A stretch of DNA of 64,000 nucleotides from the human T2T-CHM13v2.0 reference genome, Homo sapiens, in NCBI GenBank assembly GCA_009914755.4, contig CP068257.2, forward strand, positions 1,568,001 through 1,632,000, given 5' to 3'. The notes below the pieces were generated by a model. That model was not told the DNA's origin. It worked only from the letters and a program-made list of their open reading frames with translations, and searched no databases. The position numbers were made by a program, and so were the translations under genes. Each line of letters starts with the position of its first letter. Position 1 is the stretch's first letter. This document shows, one piece after another, positions 60,701 to 64,000 of this stretch.

Positions 60701-63700
60701 ATATAGATTATATACTGTACATAAAATATCAATGTACCCCAAATATATATTTTATACTCTACATGAAATATCAAAGTTCACAAACTATATATTATGTACT
60801 GTACATAAAATACCAAAATACCCAAGGTATATATTCTATACTGTACAAAAAATATCAAAGTACCCAAAGCATGTATTATATACTGTACATAAAATATGAG
60901 ACTACATCAAATATATATTTTATTCTGGACAAAAAATATCAAAGTACACCAGACATATTTTCTATAGTGTACATAAAATATCAAAGTACCCAAAGCATGT
61001 ATTATATACTGTACATAAAATATGAAAGTACATCAAATATATATTTTATTCTGTACATAAAATATCAAAGTACACCAGATATATATTCTATAGTGTACAT
61101 AAAATATCAAAAGTACCCAAACTATACATTATAAACTGTACATAAAATATGAACTTACATCAAATATATATTATATTAGGTACATAAAATATGAAAGTAC
61201 ATCAAATATAGATTATATACTGTACATTAAATACCAAAGTACCCCAAATATATATTTTATACTCTACATGTAATATCAAAGTTCACACACTATATATTAT
61301 ATACTGTACATAAAATATCAAAGTACCCAAGGTATATATTCTATACTGTACAAAAAACATCAAAGTACCCAAAGCATGTATTATATACTGTACATAAAAT
61401 ATGAAAGTACATCAAATATATATTTTATTCTGTACATAAAATATCAAAGTACACCAGATATATATTCTATAGTGTATATAAAATATCAAAGTACCTAAAC
61501 TATACATTATATACTGTACATAAAATATGAAATTACATCAAATATATATTATATTAGGTACATAAAATATGAAAGTACATCAAATATAGATTATATACTG
61601 TACATAAAATATCAAAGTACCCCAAAGATATATTATATACTCTACATGAAATATCAAAGTTCACAAACTATATATTATATACTGTACATAAAATATCAAA
61701 GTACCCAAGGTATATATTCTATACTGTACAAAAAATATCAAAGTACCCAAAGCATGTATTATATACTGTATATAAAATATGAAAGTACATCAAATATATA
61801 TTTTATTCTGTACATAAAATATCAAAGTACACCAGATATATATTCTATAGTGTACATAAAATAACAAAGTACACAAACTATAAATTATATACTGTACATA
61901 AAATATGAAATTACATCAAATATATATTAGGTACATAAAATATGAAAGTACATCAAATATAGATTATATACTGTACATATAATATCAATGTACCCCAAAT
62001 ATATATTTTATACTCTACATGAAATATCAAAGTTCACAAACCATATATTATATACTGTACATAAAATATCAAAGTACCCAAGGTATATATTCTATACTAT
62101 ACAAAAAATATCAAAGTACCCAAAGCATGTATTATATACTGTACATAAAATATGAAAGTACATCAAATATATATTTTATTCTTTACATAATATATCAAAG
62201 TACACCAGATATATATTCTATAGTGTACATAAAATATCAAAGTACCCAAACTATACATTATATACTGTACATAAAATATGAGATTACATCAAATATATAT
62301 TATATTAGGTACATAAAATATGAAAGTACATCAGATATAGATTATATACTGTACATAAAATATCAAAGTACCCCAAATATATATTATATACTCTACATGA
62401 AATATCAAAGTTCACAAACTATATATTATATAATGTACATAAAATATCAAAGTACACAAGGTATATATTCTATACTGTACAAAAAATATCAAAGTACCCA
62501 AAGCATGTATTATATACTGTACATAAAATATGAAAGCACATCAAATATATATTTTATTCTGTACATAAAACATCAAAGTACACCAGATATATATTCTATA
62601 CTGTACAAAAAATATCAAAGTACCCAAAGCATGTATTATATACTGTACATAAAATATGAAATTACATCAAATATATATTATATTAGGTACATAAAATATG
62701 AAAGCACATCAAATATAGATTATATACTGTACATTAAATACCAAAGTAACACAAATATATATTTTATACTGTACATCAAATATCAAAGTTCACAAACTAT
62801 ATATTATATACTGTACATAAAATATCAAAGTACCCAAGGTATATATTCTATACTGTACAAAAAATATCAAAGTACCCAAAGCATGTATTATATACTTTAC
62901 ATAAAATATGAAAGTACATCAAATATATATTTTATTCTGTCCATAAAATATCAAAGTACACCAGATATATATTCTATAGTGTACATAAAATATCAAAGTA
63001 CCCAAACTATACATTACATACTGTACATAAAATATGAGATTACATCAAATATATATAATATTAGCTACATAAAATATGAAAGTACTTGAGATATAGATTA
63101 TATACTGTACATAAAATATCAAAGTACCCCAAATATATATTATATTCTCTACATGAAATATCAAAGTTCACAAACTATATATTATATACTGTACATAAAA
63201 TATCAAATTACCCATGGTATATATTCTATACTGTACAAAAAATATCAAAGTACCCAAAGCATGTATTATATACTGTATACAAAATATGAAACTACATTAA
63301 ATATATATTTTATTCTGTACATAAAATATCAAAGTACACCAGATATATATTCTATAGTGTACATAAAATAACAAAGTACACAAACTATAAATTATATACT
63401 GTACATAAAATATGAAATTTCATCAAATATATATTAGGTACATAAAATATGAAAGTACATCAAATATAGATTATATACTGTACATAAAATATCAATGTAC
63501 CCCAAATATATATTTTATACTCTACATGAAATATCAAAGTTCACAAACCATATATTATATACTGTACATAAAATATCAAAGTACCCAAGGTATATATTCT
63601 ATACTATACAAAAAATATCAAAGTACCCAAAGCATGTATTATATACTGTACATAAAATATGAAAGTACATCAAATATATATTTTATTCTGTACACAAAAT

Positions 63701-64000
63701 ATCAAAGTACACCAGATATATATTCTATAGTGTACATAAAATATCAAAGTACCCAAACTATACATTATACACTGTACATAAAATATGAGATTACATCAAA
63801 TATATATTATATTAGGTACATAAAATATGAAAGTACATCTGATATAGATTATATACCGTACATAAAATATCAAAGTACGCCAAATATATATTATATACTC
63901 TACATGAAATATCAAAGTTCACAAACTATATATTATATACTGTACATAAAATATCAAAGTACCCAAGGTATATATTCTATACTGTACAAAAAATATCAAA

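Larger units (their letters stand above)
1..64000. repeat. Continuous tandem satellite array with a 42-bp monomer and a nine-monomer higher-order repeat of 378/373 bp. The array runs off both window edges.
   Basis: Direct reading shows the same 42-bp unit (…caaagtacc…tatactgtacataaaatat…) repeating across the whole window. Nine monomer variants recur in fixed order (a: gaaagtacatcaaatatagattatatactgtacataaaatat … i: gaaattacatcaaatatatattatattaggtacataaaatat). Recurrent ORF starts 'MKLHQIYI…' are spaced at exact multiples of 373 to 378 bp. I see no non-repeat interval. Confidence 0.96.

Noticed and set aside
86-63371. About 130 + strand ORFs of 60 to 527 aa in the supplied track (for example 4352..5935, 11248..12714, 53742..55262) as candidate protein-coding genes.
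   Set aside because: All are translations of the 42-bp satellite in its one stop-free frame. They are low-complexity Y/I/K repeats with a 14-aa period, are internally redundant, and are bounded by repeat-variant frameshifts. No unique coding sequence exists anywhere in the window.
1-64000. CRISPR array (regularly spaced direct repeats of about 42 bp).
   Set aside because: The units are contiguous with no unique spacers between them, and all units are mutually homologous monomer variants. The array is 64 kb or longer, AT-rich, CpG-depleted and HOR-structured, which points to a eukaryotic satellite rather than a prokaryotic CRISPR locus. There is no leader and no cas genes.
1-64000. TATA-box/promoter-like motifs (tataaaatat, tatatatt) and (TA)n microsatellite runs in every monomer.
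   Set aside because: They are a consequence of the roughly 78% A+T composition and are repeated about 1500 times. No downstream unique transcript unit exists. The TA runs are only 6 to 10 bp and are integral parts of the monomer.
1-64000. Telomeric or subtelomeric repeat (TTAGG occurs once per HOR in 'tattaggtac').
   Set aside because: It is a single pentamer inside monomer i. It is never tandemly iterated, so it is not a telomere array.
1-64000. Transposable-element insertion, tRNA or rRNA genes interrupting the array.
   Set aside because: I read through the window and found no stretch that departs from the 42-bp monomer pattern. There are no GC-rich islands, no LTR or TIR-like unique termini, and no target-site-duplicated insert.

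Overview
The whole 64 kb window is one uninterrupted, AT-rich (~78% A+T in the consensus), CpG-poor eukaryote-type tandem satellite array. It has no unique flanking sequence and I see no gene, RNA gene, mobile-element insertion or CRISPR array. The basic unit is a 42-bp monomer with consensus roughly caaagtacccaaactatatattatatactgtacataaaatat. Nine diverged monomer types (a to i) occur in a fixed order and form a higher-order repeat (HOR). The HOR is 378 bp, or 373 bp in a variant carrying a 5-bp deletion in monomer i. The window holds about 170 HOR copies. Above the HOR level the array contains multi-HOR super-repeats of about 1.13 kb, 3.39 kb, 3.4 to 4.0 kb and 3.4 to 4.3 kb, interleaved duplications, and small in-register monomer rearrangements (chimeric monomers and 42- or 126-bp duplications), all typical of unequal crossing-over. 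Every ORF in the supplied six-frame track is an artefact. Because 42 and 378 are multiples of 3 and the consensus has no stop in one + frame, translation gives endless Y/I/K-rich 14-aa repeats (…QSTQGIYSILYKKY…). These ORFs are broken mainly where the 373-bp variant shifts the frame and introduces a TAA. I did not find a protein-coding system. The interesting content is the multi-level repeat architecture, probably (peri)centromeric or other heterochromatic satellite of an AT-rich animal or plant genome that I cannot identify from the sequence alone.
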